A DNA stretch of 64,000 bases from the human T2T-CHM13v2.0 reference genome, Homo sapiens. Position 1 is the first letter of the stretch; each line of letters begins with the position of its first letter. The notes beneath the pieces were generated by a model. That model did no database searches, was not told where the DNA came from, and saw only the letters and a program-made list of their open reading frames with translations. Made by a program: the position numbers and the translations under genes. The stretch lies in assembly GCF_009914755.1 (NCBI RefSeq), contig NC_060925.1; one strand, given 5' to 3'. Shown here piece after piece: positions 15,560-32,601 of the stretch.

Positions 15560-15990
15560 CGAAAAGGCCCCCCTCTGCTGCTGCCGCCACCAACACCTTT
15601 CTTTATTCCGCCCAAACCTCACCAAGGGGAATTCGAAACAACTGTGGTGATAAATCCGCCTGCAGATAATTGGCAAGAAAACAACACTTGTGCAGTATAT
15701 AACGTTTTATGGTTGTTTCATGTACTTTATTATAATACTAATGAGCAGTTATATATCAGGAGCTAACTGCACGCCGGATTAGCTTGTTAGCATGATATGA
15801 AATGGCAGAGCAAACAGTCCAGGCCCCTCGCTCCCTGCATGCCTCCCCCACCCTCCCTCCCTACCCCTCGGTCCCATTTGCACTCAGTAATTAGTATGCA
15901 AATTAGGCCCCGGGACCACACAAGTTCTAGTATATTACAAGGGCTTTATTATGCTCTTGTGAGTACATGATGGAAACGGCCCATGACAGT
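15560..15990. promoter_or_regulatory. Conserved non-coding element / probable ultraconserved enhancer
   Basis: TGATAAAT (PBX-HOX type) 15648-15655, TTTTATGG 15705-15712, GGATTA, TAATTA 15888-15893, octamer ATGCAAAT 15896-15903. Repeat-free and AT-rich. Confidence 0.75.
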
Positions 15991-16099
15991 GTTTATCTCA
16001 CTACCTCTGTCTTGCCTTCTTCTTTCTCTCTGCCCCTCTTCTACCCCCTGCATACACACACACACACAAACACCTTTCTTTGCGTGGTCTACAACCAAC

Positions 16100-17170
16100 C
16101 CCTTCTTGTATCAGACCTCTAAACTTGATAGAGTTCACTAGGTCTTTCTGCCCCTGTTTGAACATATCCAGTGATGGGAATCCTGCTCCTTCTGGAAGCC
16201 ATAGTTCCATTCCAATTACCATAATTGAAAGAAAATTCTCCCTTTTTCTGTGGTTCTTAATGTGTGTGTGTGTGTCACAGACTCCTTTCAGAATGTATTG
16301 AAAGCCATGAACACCTTCTACAAAAAAAAATGTATATTAACGTTTACATAACATTTTATATTCCATTTTAGGGACCCTAAACCCATGCATAGAGGGGGAT
16401 CCATAGACTTCTTGCCTCATATTGAGCCAAAATTTGCCTTTCGTTACCCTAGGAGTAAAGTTCTGCCCTTTGAATCTCTTCAGAGGGAGTCTATTCTCTT
16501 TACTATATGATAAACTGGCAAATACTTAAGAATTCCTGTCGCATTTCTCAAATTCTTTCCCCAACTTCCCCAACCAATGATCACAAGTCAGGGTTCCAAG
16601 ACATCTTTCCATCCTGACCCACCTCGCCCTAGTCACCTATCACCTGAATGGTACGAAGCCCAGAAAAGTGCAGAATGTTCCCACTGTGTTTGTGGTGTGA
16701 CCAGCCCGCCTTTGTTCTGTGCACTGCGCCTCTGCCAATGTGGCTGGAGTCTTCAGAAGTCTTTTGGCAAATGTAAACTCAACCAGAATTCCTGGATCTT
16801 CTTCCCATGAACCTTCTCAAGGCGTAGCTTCTCAAACCTATACTTCCAGAAATTCTATTTTTAGCCTACATGCAGAATAGTTACTTTCGTCTGTTAAATC
16901 TCACCTGTATGCCTACTTGCAGAAGTGATTTTTGAATACTGATCCTGTACTTCATCTTGTTGGCTGTCCCTAGACTTATCTGACTATAAATGTGTTAGTC
17001 ATGCTGTTCATGCCTTCAAGTTGTTGATAAAAATGCTGTACAGGACAAAGGACAAATCTGGTCATATGTCACTGGAGACCTTGTTTTCAAACTCTCATCA
17101 ATATTCTTTGGGTGTGGTTATTCAGCCAGCTCTGTATCTACTTACCTTTCTCCAGTATTTTCTCTCTTGT
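16100..17170 (-). mobile_element. L3/CR1 with a nested hAT-Charlie-type MER (~16245-16410)
   Basis: ttgaacatatccagtgatgggaa, attgagccaaaatttgcct and ttgataaaaatgctg are L3-like; cagactcctttcagaat...gaaagccatg is MER-like. Confidence 0.55.
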
Positions 17171-17512
17171 CATGTCTTTTCCGTCTGATTTACCCTATAA
17201 ATGTTTTTTTAATCCCTGCCCCTTCTTGAAACGATCCCCTTGATCCTGTATTTCCCCTTAAGCTACTCTTGTTTTTGTCATTTTCTTCTTAGTTGCATTT
17301 CTTGAAAGATTGGTCTACACTTTCTCACATCTCATCTAGAAGTGAGCTGGCTGGTATGGCTTCTGCCCTCGCTACTGCAAGTAAACTGCTCTCTCAAACA
17401 GCAGTAACAACCTCGGAATTGCCAAATTCTGTGGACATGTTTCTGTCTTTGTCTGTCTTAATTTCACTTTTGCATTTGGCACCAAAAATCATTGCCCTCT
17501 TAAAAAGCTCTA

Positions 17513-18126
<614 letters not shown>

Positions 18127-19329
18127 GTTCTATTCCTATGGTTCGCCGTGAGCCCTGATGTCACTCTCCCAGGTCTTTCCTGACTCTCTGAGCATCCCAT
18201 CTCAGTCTCCTTGGGTGACTCCTCTTCTTTCACTTGCCCCCAAATGCCCGAGCTTTCTACTTATAGTTCTGTCTTCCCTCCTTTTATTCTTTTGTTTTCA
18301 TTCAAAATGTGAATAAATACCATTGAGCCACTCTACGTGCCATGCACCATATGAGAGAGCAAGACACAAGGATTCACGTAGCCTGGAGCCCACCGTCAAG
18401 GAGCTCAGGCTAATCATCATAATGCAATGTAATGAGTGTCTGCAGAGAGGAGAGTATGGAAGGACATTACAGGAGCCAACAGGAACTAGTGAGCCAACCT
18501 GGAGAGTGTGGAAATGATTTCACAGAAAAGGTAACACTAAAGTCAGTCTTAAAGGATGAGTAGTGTTTACTAAGCTCTCCCCAAAATCTCTCATTTCTGA
18601 ATCCAATACCTTATCATTTTTCATCTGTATTAATCCAACACTGTTCCAGAATTTTCTGATTCCCATCCTACTCTTTGCTTCCTCTAACCTGTACCTCTCC
18701 CCCAATCTATGCTCCACACTAATGATGCAGCAAGGTCTTTCTAAAATGCAAATCTGATTCTTTGTAAAATTCTTGATTGACCTCTTTTGCCTATTAGGAT
18801 AAACTCCAAACTCTTCGGCGTGGTATGAATACTGTCTCTTACTAACCTGACCTCTGTCTAGCCTGCCAGCTCTCTTTGAGGGCCTTTTGTTTGGCAGGTG
18901 TTCTTGCCCACTGTGATAGGGTCCACCACTGGGCCATGAGAAATCCATCATTTAAAGGCATTCTTCCACACTGGCTTCAGCTGAACTTTGAAGAATGCTC
19001 CCCTTATGCAGCCAAGCTCAAAGTCTATGCCTGATGGTCTCCCCAGGATACCTCTGAGCAGCCTTCCTCAACCACTGCCCACATCTCTTCCCCAGGCTGC
19101 AGCAAGACCCCACAGCACAGGCAGACAGAGGAGAGAACAGGACGGCTGCTGCCCAAAGGAGAAGATCAGAAAGGAAGAATCTGTAAAGCATGAGCACAGA
19201 ATAATGGGCCTCATGAATACTTAGCATAAGGAAGAGAGAAAAAAAAATCTGTGTAGCAGGCAGTTTTTGTAAAGCGTTGAACTGTACCACACATCACCCC
19301 CTGACAGGCCCTGATGTTAGCTCCTGGAA

Positions 19330-19620
19330 TGGATCACAAGAGACTCATTAGAAAAAACAAATATTATCGCACGCTGAAATGATTTATGGAGAAAAATGAA
19401 AAATTTTGTGTTGTTGCGTTCCCTCTCACTCACTCCCCCTCACCTCTGCCTTCTATGGGGAAGTTATTTATGGCTCTAGACCCTTAACAAGAGAACAGCA
19501 AAGCTCTGAGCTGATCACTCCTGCAAACTGCCTACATTTGATTTTTATTAGTGACTTAAAGCTTCCTTTTTTTTCTTTATTGTCCTGGGTGAACCAAAAT
19601 GCATTTTAATGCCTGCTATT
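19330..19620. promoter_or_regulatory. Candidate enhancer (CNE-like)
   Basis: TGATTTATGG (PBX-HOX9 type) 19380-19389 and TTATTTATGG 19464-19473. Repeat-free AT-rich island with CpGs. Confidence 0.55.
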
Positions 19621-19844
19621 CAGGCCAGACAAGAAATGTGTAGATGCCTCCCACACAAACCAGCCACGCCAGTGTCTCTGTCCAGAACCGAGGGAGGTGT
19701 ACAAGAAGGGACCAAGAAAGACCAGACTTTCTGAGAGCACGAGTCAGGTCTCCCTGGTGTGCAGGCCACTAGATATAGCAAGTTGATTTCCTCGTTTTTT
19801 GGGGCAGAGAGTGAACCAAGTAAGTTTCAGACAAGGAAAAGAGA

Positions 19845-20425
<581 letters not shown>

Positions 20426-22229
20426 AAACTGGATCATGCTATCTCTAGAATCATAACTTCTGAGCACTAACTGGAAGGTTCCTCAGAGACTTACTTCACG
20501 GTCCCATCTTCTATCCACTGTAGGAGCTTTCCCTTTTCTGTTCCGGACGGTCATCACCATGTTCCTGTTGGAAGGTGCTGCTTCTCAAGGCAGCCCAGGG
20601 CGCTGCAGAGCAGTTCTAGACAGCCACAAGTCCTTTGCACACTGAACCGTCATCTGAGCCTCTCCTGTTTGGTCAGGTGCTTTCCCATTCAGTCACCTTG
20701 CTCTGAAACATTGCAACTGTCAGATTCCTTCTTCCCATATGTCTCCTGGATATAGGTAATTTTATAAAATTAAATTTTGAGAGATTCCTCTTAAGAAAAA
20801 TTTTGACTTCAGAATGCCCCCGGGTGGAGCAAGACCTTTGCATCTCTCGCTGTGACAATCAGGATCCATGCTATGGCAGAGCCTGGGCTTGACCTAACTA
20901 AGCCTTTGGGGTCCTTTTCTGCCTGGCCTGTGTGATCCTGGACCTCTGTTCCTGTACACTGGTCCTCTAGGCTCTCTGGTTTCTCCAGCTGCTTCACATG
21001 ATGCCAGCACTGGGCCAAGAACAGAGGGGGTACCAGTGCAGACCCAGTGGACCCTCACAAGGGAGCTTTACAGTGACCATCATTTTTCCTTTTCCATTGA
21101 GCTGTGACTTCCTACTGTCAATCAGACAGTGAACAAAGATGCACAAGAAACCTCAGTGGGCAGGAGCTGACCAAGTCTTTTATCTGTATCTGGGTGCCGT
21201 GAGTCCAAGGCTGTGGCCTCACTGAGGACAGTCAGCAGAGGGTTACACACTGAGCCTTGAGTGACTAGCCTTGGAAAATGCCCTGCCCATGCCCCTGTAC
21301 TTTAGGATGTCCTATGGGGGAGGGAGGAGGATATAGGGAATTTAGCAGAAAGTAAGAAACTACCACAGAGATGGCTGGGGAACCAGGCTCAGGCGCACAA
21401 TCCCAGCTAATCCTAATCTGTGTTTTCCCTCCACAGCGTGTCCCCAGGGGGGAGCTAGGGTTCCAGGAAGAGAGGATGGTGTTCTTGACAACAAGGGGCT
21501 GGGAGCCCCAGATGAAAGGCCATGGGGGCTGCACTTCAGGGTGATCCGTAACTCACTCTGACATCTGAACAGAAGGAAGGGCTGCCCAGGCCCCTGCCCC
21601 ACCACCTCTCATTTAATCCACAGGGAGACAGGGAGCCCAGCCTTGGGACGTTGCTAGCAGCTTCCCCTGAACCCTCGAGTTCTCCTGTAGCAAATTGGGC
21701 TGACCAAAGAAGGCTGGAGAGGGGAGGAAGGCAGTGCTGGAGAAAGGAGTGGTTACCTTGAGTGGGGCTGGGGGCCGGAGGGTCTGCGCCTCCCCTCCCT
21801 GCCCCAGCCCCTCCCAGGCCCGCTCCAGGGCCAGCCGCACTGGGCCTCATTCCTGGAGGGCCCTGTCTCTCGGCAGTGTTGCTAGGTGCGGTGAGCCCAG
21901 GCGCCTGCCACCGGCTGGCCAAGGCTCTGCCTGGAGACCATCGGAGAGCTGGGAAGAAGGAGCTGCATTATTTGGTTGATCCCTCCCTCCCTCCCCCAGC
22001 CTCAGCACAGTGAGCTTTCCGGAGGGATGGTTCTGAGCCAGCCCATCCCCAGGCCTTCCTCTTTGTGCAGAGACCTCCCCGTCAGACCCCCCACCTTCGC
22101 CGGCTACCCCCTCCCCCTTCCCTCCGGTTGAGCAGAGCCAGAGTTAAGCCTGGGGTTAATGCCCAGTGACACCTGCAGGTTGGCTAGTGTTGTTGACATG
22201 GGGCTGGGGGGAGGGGAGGGGGTGATGGG

Positions 22230-22640
22230 GGAGATCGTTGGTGGCTTTATTATGGAGAACTCAGCAGGCCTGGGGCCTTCTATTGTCCAAGTGGCAAATA
22301 AATAAATAGGAGAAAGTAAGTCTTCCCCATGGCTTACCGACGGGAGGTTAACAGCTGGACATGACATGACAAATTGGGCATTTTTCTTTGGGGACTGATC
22401 CTTACAGCAGCTAGCAGGGAGAATGAGAGAGAGAGAGGGAGGGGGAAGTAGAGAGAGCAAAAGCAAGCCGGAGCACGGAAGGGGCTAGTCACAGAAGTCA
22501 ACGTGGAAGCCGTGTGTGCATGTACAAGAGTACGTGACCGGGGTGTACAGGAAACATTGCATCATGTTTTGGGCATTAAAAAAAAATACATGCAAGCATT
22601 TCACATGTAACGACTTCAGGAGTCAATCCCAGAACCCCAA
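22230..22640. promoter_or_regulatory. Candidate enhancer
   Basis: TTTATTATGG, CTATTGT (SOX), TGACATGACA, TACGTG. Non-repetitive and next to a G-rich tract. Confidence 0.4.
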
Positions 22641-23169
22641 AAGCTGGGTATCTGGCTGTGGGGGGAGATATCTCTGGGATCTGCCTTCTTGAACCCCTCC
22701 CCCGTCCTGCCAAATGGAAAAACCAAAAGGTCAACGCCAGCTCTGATCCCAAAGAATCTCCTTCCTCCAGATGAGTGGGATTACTGGGCAGTGGCGAGTG
22801 GTGGAGCAAGCAGCCTATCTCCAGCCTGGGCCCGGGGTGAGAACTCTTGCATTATGCCCAGTTGCCCGGAACTGGTCCCAGCTGGACAGCAGAGCATCCC
22901 ACTGGCCTGTGGAGCTGGGGACAGAGAGCAGCAGCTCTCCCCTGACCCTGTCCCATCTTCCTCCTCATCCCCAGGGAATACCCAGCAAGAGGTCGGGAGG
23001 ACCACAGGAGGCAACCACTCCCAAACAATGATCTCAGTTGCCCACTGTGAACTGGAGCGGGGGTGGGAGAAGAACAGAGCAGGAGCAGACAGGAAAATGC
23101 TTGATCTCTGCCGGGGCCCCAGAACCATCTGAGCCAAGGACTGCTCTCCATCCCTGTCTTCTGAGGCTG

Positions 23170-23410
23170 TAGATTATAGTGGGTAGTCACTTGTGCTCTG
23201 GAGTCAGACAGACCTGGGATCACCCTGTTCCTCTTGTTCTTGGCCCTGTGATCTTGGCATGCTATTTAACCTCTCTGAGCCTCAGTTTCCTTATAGGTAA
23301 AATGGGACTAATACCAGTACTAGCCAGCACGAGGTTTTAATGAGTTCATGCATGTAAGTGCTGAGTGCAGAGTCTGGCACACGATAAATCCTTTATAAAT
23401 GCCACTCAGC
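23170..23410 (+). mobile_element. MIR
   Basis: ggagtcagacagacctggg...ctctgagcctcagtttcc. Confidence 0.85.
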
Positions 23411-24234
23411 ATTGCTCTGGGGCTAGCCAACCTTTTCCTCCCTGTTGCCCTGTGTTTTAAGATTGACTGAGGGCTCTATAGAACTGTCCTCCGGAGAAGG
23501 AGGGAAGTGCATCTCTAGCTCACCTTTCTGGAAGTTATCCTTTCAATCTCCAAAGGCTGGGCATGGATTAGCCTAAAGCCTTGTGGAACTTTGCCTTCCA
23601 AGACATGTTTGTTTCTAGCAGTGGGCTGCAAGGAGAAGCCTTGTGGCTGTGATTCTGCTCCATGCCCACTCCACGGCGGATGCCTGACCAGTGTTCCAAG
23701 GACATTTTGAAGGAAGAGAGGATTTCTGATTTCCAGGAGGGGTTGTTGTATGTCCTGGAATGCAATCTCTCCATTCTCCCACTGGGTACAGAGAAAAACC
23801 ACAGGAAAATGGTGAGAAGATGCTGAATGAGTTAATGCAACCAGGAAATACTTATTGAGCATGTACCAAGTGTCAAGCATGGCTCTAGACCCTGGGAATA
23901 GAGCCACAAACAAAGCGGGCTAAAATCCTTGCCCTTGAGGAGCTTACGCCGTAGCTCTCTAGGAAGGCAAGCGGGACACCTCGGCGTTGCCTCCACCCCT
24001 TCCATGTGGCCATGGTCCATTGTGATCTTCTATGCTCTTCCTGTTGGATTCAAATCAGGCCTCACAGAAGAGCCAGTCACAAAGGGAACTCGGAGATGTG
24101 CAGGACAGAGAGAAGAGCTGACGGGACATCTGGTACCTTCGGTTGGAGGGAGGGCAGTTTCTGAGGATTAAAAGAAGCTTTATTGAAGGGAGGTTTGAAA
24201 GGAGAAGAATTGTGGAGAAGAAAGCTACTGTGTA

Positions 24235-24440
24235 TTTCATGCTGATTCCATGCCATTAACTTTCAGGCACTTTACATCCATTATCTAATTTTATCCTCAG
24301 GCACTCAGCAAGGCAGTTCACGTTATTCCCACCTTGAGATTCAGAGGAGGAAGTGACTAATCCAAGATCCATAACAGGGAAATGGGAAGAACTAGATTTG
24401 AATCCAGACCTTTAGTTCTTCCCTTTGCCCAATTATGCTC
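24235..24440 (-). mobile_element. MIR hosting MIR5584
   Basis: cattatctaattttatcctca...gatttgaatccagac matches the antisense MIR core. Confidence 0.75.
24375..24434 (+). ncRNA. MIR5584: pre-miR-5584 hairpin
   Basis: CAGGGAAATGGGAAGAACTAGA (5p) ... TAGTTCTTCCCTTTGCCCAATT (3p). Perfect 11-bp core GGGAAGAACTA/TAGTTCTTCCC plus AAA/UUU and GGG/CCC pairing. Matches my recollection of the miRBase entry. Lies inside a MIR. Confidence 0.9.
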
Positions 24441-24575
24441 CTTGTGGTTTGCTGGAGAAAGCCTGGCAGAGGGTGCAAGGGCAACAGTGGGGGTGGGGGT
24501 GCAGAGGCTAGGAGACCTGACCAGAGTGTAGAGGGGTTCACAGGGCCAAGGAGAGGAGATATCTAGGGGGCCTAA

Positions 24576-24875
<300 letters not shown>

Positions 24876-25319
24876 TGAACTGAGTGAGGGGCATTCTGAA
24901 CCTGAGAGAGAAAGGGGCTAGTTCTCTGAAGATCATCACCAGACCATAGAACCAAAGTGGGTAGAAGGTTTGTAAAAGGAGGTGGAAGGTGTGACAAAGA
25001 CAATAAGCACCCGAGATGACTCACACTGCTTGCCAGGTAAGCATGGGCTGCAGGACGTGGGAGGAGAAGCTGGCGAGCTCACTCTCGGTCCTGGTTCTTC
25101 CGGCCACCCAGCCTCTTCATGGCCAGTACCAGAAGGCCAGATCCCTGTCCTCCTCCCCAGGCCCAGAGCCATGGCTCAGTGGCCCCCCAGGCCCAGCCTA
25201 AGAGGTCGCATGGCTAGGACTTCTACCTGGAGAATCACCTCCACCGCAACATCTGAGAGCAGGAGCCACACAGGAGCTTTCTTCTTCCAGGAAGTCCCTT
25301 CCCCCAGCCCCCTGCTACT

Positions 25320-25500
25320 CACTCCCCTATATAATATTCCACGTTAGAGCTCATAAATGCTGCTGCGGGTCCCCAGCCTGATTGAATTTGGAAGCCATTG
25401 TTTACAGACGTCTGGCTGTACAGGGGGATTTATTGAATTTTCCATGAAATGTTGCTCCCCTAATGCTGTAAAAGGCAAGCAGACCACATCAGAGGAGCCC
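25320..25500. promoter_or_regulatory. Candidate enhancer (CNE-like)
   Basis: CATAAA, TGATTGAA, overlapping CCATTGTTTAC (SOX/FOX) and GATTTATTG in a repeat-free island. Confidence 0.45.
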
Positions 25501-26079
25501 TGCGTTACAGGATCATGTTACCCCGAGATGGAGTGCTTGCTTCAGAGTCATTGATGCACCGAGCTCTGGCTCTGAAAAGTAAGACCTCGGGCATCACTCC
25601 TGACCCCTCGCTGGCACCCCAAAGCTGGGACTTCTGAGCCAGCTCTGCCCCTGCATTTCCCTCCACCCATGTCTGGTTAGTCTCAAATCCCTCTCCCACA
25701 TCCACTCTCCTCTCCAGCCCACCTGCTATGGACAACTGCATTGCTACAGCAGCCTCTCCAGGCGCCTCCTGGCGGTCCTCTCTCACCTGCCCCAGTCCCA
25801 GAGTCATACCCCTCAAGGCAGATGACACTAAGGAGGGGTTCAGCAAGTAAATAAGCAAAGGAAGAGAAGGAAGCAGGGCAGAAAGAAGGGAGAAGAAAAC
25901 CAAGGTGTTCATGTTGTCACACATTGAGAGGGATGCTTCCTCCAGGGTGCCTGGCACATTAGGCCCTGGGAATCTGTGGACACGAGAGCCCCCAGGATGG
26001 GAAAAGGCATTGCCAACAGCCCTGTGAGACAGAGCTGAAGTGAAGATGTCTCCTTGTGTGTGTCACAAAAATGCAACTG

Positions 26080-28230
<2,151 letters not shown>

Positions 28231-29870
28231 TTAAGCGAAGGAGGCAGAGCGCACATGAGGAACTTTTATCACCAAGGGGAATTTTTCTCTCTCCACCTTT
28301 TCTGTGGTTCTCAAAAAGGGTGAATTCCAAGAGTGATAGTCTCTTGCTCGCAACCCATCATTCCTAGAATCCTGGTGTTTCCAACAGTAAGAGGTGTTCA
28401 CCAGCCAGCAGGTCCTGAAGCCTTGGAACTCCCTCTCTCTCTTCCCTCCTTGCCCAGCGTGATCAGCCTGATGTCTCTTCCCTCCCAGTTCTGCTTCCCC
28501 ATTCTAGTGACCCCTTCCTCCCCTTCCTCCTGCTGCTTCTTAACTGGGGGACTCCAGTGTGACTGAAGGGCCTCAGAGGGAAAACAATGATCCTCCAGAG
28601 AGAGCATGTGTTCACCACGTTAGGTAAACACGCCAAGCTGCAGGGGCCGCCTGAATGAGAGGTCTCCAGCCAGGGATGGGGAGAATCCCACACCAGCATC
28701 TTAGCTGGCAGACAGACCCACCTTCGCCCTGAGTAGGGGGTGGGCAGTAGCTCTGAAGAGAAGTAGCAGGACATTGTTTTCTCAGATTTCATTGGTTTAT
28801 TTATCCTACGCCTGGGCTCCATCTGTCCTGTCTCCAAAAAGTGAAGCAGCAAGGACTCCAAGCCACCAGAGAAGCCCTGTCCTCAGCCTGCAGCTCTGCG
28901 AGGACCTAGAGCCAAGCGGAGTTGGGAGTTTGTCCCCTGCAGGGTAGAAGCCTGGGAATGTTTCAGGCCCTATGGCTCAATTGCCCAAAGGGATAGAAAG
29001 AGAGCAAATAGGCCAAAAAGATAGCATGAGCGTAGGCCTGAGCCCTCCTGATTCCTGACTGGTGTCCCTCCACAGTCCCCTTGGCAAAGCCAAGAGGGCC
29101 AGGGGCTTTTGGAGAAGTGGGCCAAGAAGGCTCGAGAAGAAGCCCAGATGACCCAGACTTGACCTCTCTACTGCAACCAAGAGAGGCAGGTGTTGGGTGG
29201 AGATGCTTGGGGTTATGGAGACATCCCCTTGGAGGAGCCTGCTGTGTCTCTCGGGCTGCACATTAGCTGGGAAGGCTGTTGAGTACCATGCAGCTGGTCT
29301 TGGTTTTGCAGAGTTCTGGACAGCATTCAGTTCCCTGAAATCAGGGACAACAGAGCAAATCTCCCCTAGGTGCATGGGAGAATCTGCGGCCCTCTCAACA
29401 GTGATGGGCTGATAGGAGGAATAAGAAATGGGGAATCAGGAGAGCAAGATACCTTGAAGAGATGCAGAAAGGTTGCTTTCCATCCTTACGAGTAGGAACC
29501 TCTCTACAATACAAAATCATGGCAGCTCAGGACTTGCCCCACATTCATACCTTACCTTATCCCAGCCTGAGGTTGAGCTACAGGAGCTGTACCAAAGTAT
29601 AACATAGCTAGGCTTTGAATGAAGGTTTCCAGCCCGTTTAGTTCTGAGTGTATGTGTAGCTTCAGCAGCAACTCAGTGGAGATGCTCAGGGCGTTCTTGG
29701 GCCTGTTCTAGTCCCTGCAATGCTTCTCCATGGCCAGGTTGGATCCCCTGTTCATTTCACTCACCACCCCCATGTGTCTGGTCTCCTAGTGTCACATGAC
29801 ACACTTGAACCATGCTTTCCAGAGCCCAGATCCATCACTCAGGCATTCAGGGGATTTGGATATCTCCTAG

Positions 29871-30299
<429 letters not shown>

Positions 30300-30319
30300 A
30301 TTTTTTTTTGTTATTATTA

Positions 30320-30595
30320 ATAGGACTGATGAGGATTCATATTTTTGAGAATGTCTGATAATTTCCTTAGGTTAGGGTCCTAGAAAAGAAATTATTGGGT
30401 CAAAAGGTATAAACTTTTAAAAAGCTGTTGATACGTATTGATAGACTGCTTTCTAGAAAGGTTATACCAATTCACAATCTCATCATCAATGAATGATTAT
30501 ACCCATTTTCTTAAACCATCATCCACATTATAAATTTTTAAATCTTTACTAATTTGATTAGCCAAAGGGGAAAAAAAATCTTTCTGCATTATGGT
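30320..30595 (-). mobile_element. Old L1M fragment
   Basis: gaaattattgggtcaaaaggtat...ggttataccaattcaca. Confidence 0.7.
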
Positions 30596-31122
30596 AGCAA
30601 CCTCCCATTGGTCTCCCCACCTCCAATTCACCTTGTTAATAATCACCAGGTTATACATCCTAAGACTGAGATTTTACCACGCACTTCTTCACTCAGAATC
30701 CTTCAGCTCTGCTCCCCAACTTGCCTGCTGCATAAACTGAACACCTCAAGCTCCCATTCCCACAAGCTATGCTTTAGATCTAGTCTCCTCCTAACACATA
30801 CCTCCATTTTTACCTCCTTATGGGGCATGGTTGGCAGCCACCTCCTCTGAGGGCCTGACTCCAAGCTGGAAGTCATTTGATGTGTGCCAGTGGAAGCCAT
30901 TGCCCCTCTAGTGCCTGGTATATGCCACCAAACCGTGGACAGCAGGCTACTGAAACTGGAGTATAGAGGCTACTTGGTTGGGTCCTATAAGCCTCATCTA
31001 AGACTATTTCAAAAAGGCTCCGCAGCAGGCTCAGAACTTGTGAGCAGGAAAACTCCAGATCCTCACAATGGCCTCCTTTAGGCTGTCTCAGATGTGTCCA
31101 TCATGAATGAAAATGAAACTCC

Positions 31123-31758
<636 letters not shown>

Positions 31759-31759
31759 T

Positions 31760-32290
31760 CTAAACTTCTTAATGCAGCCTAGAAGACCACATGTCATCTG
31801 ATCTCTACCACTTTTCCAGCCTAATCTCTCACCACGCCCCGCCTTGAGCTACAAATTCCAGCCGTGCTGAGTTACTTTCCTTTTCCCAAGGCACTGTGTT
31901 CCAGCTCCTCTCTTTGCACATACTGTTCCCTTCTTCTTCTCCCTATCTCTTCCTCCCCCTGTCAACTCCAAGATTTCCTTCAGATCTTAGCTTAGACTCA
32001 TTTCCTCTGGGAAGCTTTCTTCTGTCCACCCCACAAGAGTAGGATAGGTGCCACTTTTGTGTATTTCCACAGCACTCCTCATACCCACTCTTCTAATAAG
32101 GTTATCTTCTTGTAATTGCCTCCCTGCTTGTCGGTCTCTCCAACAAAATTGTGTGCTTAGTGACATCAGGATTATATTTTGTTTATTGCTTGTGGTATCC
32201 ATGGTGACTAGCATAGTATCTTGAACATGATAAGTGCCCTACAAATATTTGCTGAGTATAAGAATGAATGAATGAATGAATGAATGCTTC
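31760..32290 (+). mobile_element. L2 3' end with (TGAA)n
   Basis: tcctctgggaagctttct...caaatatttgctga...tgaatgaatgaa. Confidence 0.7.
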
Positions 32291-32601
32291 ATGGCATCCA
32301 GCTACCCAGTCCTGACATTCTCTGAGTCTCAGTTTCTCTCTCACTAAAAACGAGATGACTTCTTTTTCATTGTTGTACTCTCTGCAAACCTGTAGAAATG
32401 AACCCCTAGTGGCTATGAGAAGCTGCCTAGGCCAAGGGCGTGGGATTCAATTGCTGTTTGGTTTCTCTACACTCTGCCCATCAACAGGAGGAGGCACTTA
32501 GTATTGAAAGACTCATGGTAGACAAAGTAGGATAAGACTGATGAAAACTTTCTGGAATAAATATATGGTCCAGTTAGTGTCCCATCTCTGAGAATGCCTG
32601 C

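Noticed and set aside
20757-20772. Perfect 16-bp palindrome TAATTTTATAAAATTA
   Set aside because: A/T-only and low complexity; plausible by chance.
21740-21960. GC-rich patch as CpG-island promoter
   Set aside because: Too short with modest CpG density; RFX-like GTTGCTAG half-sites are incomplete.
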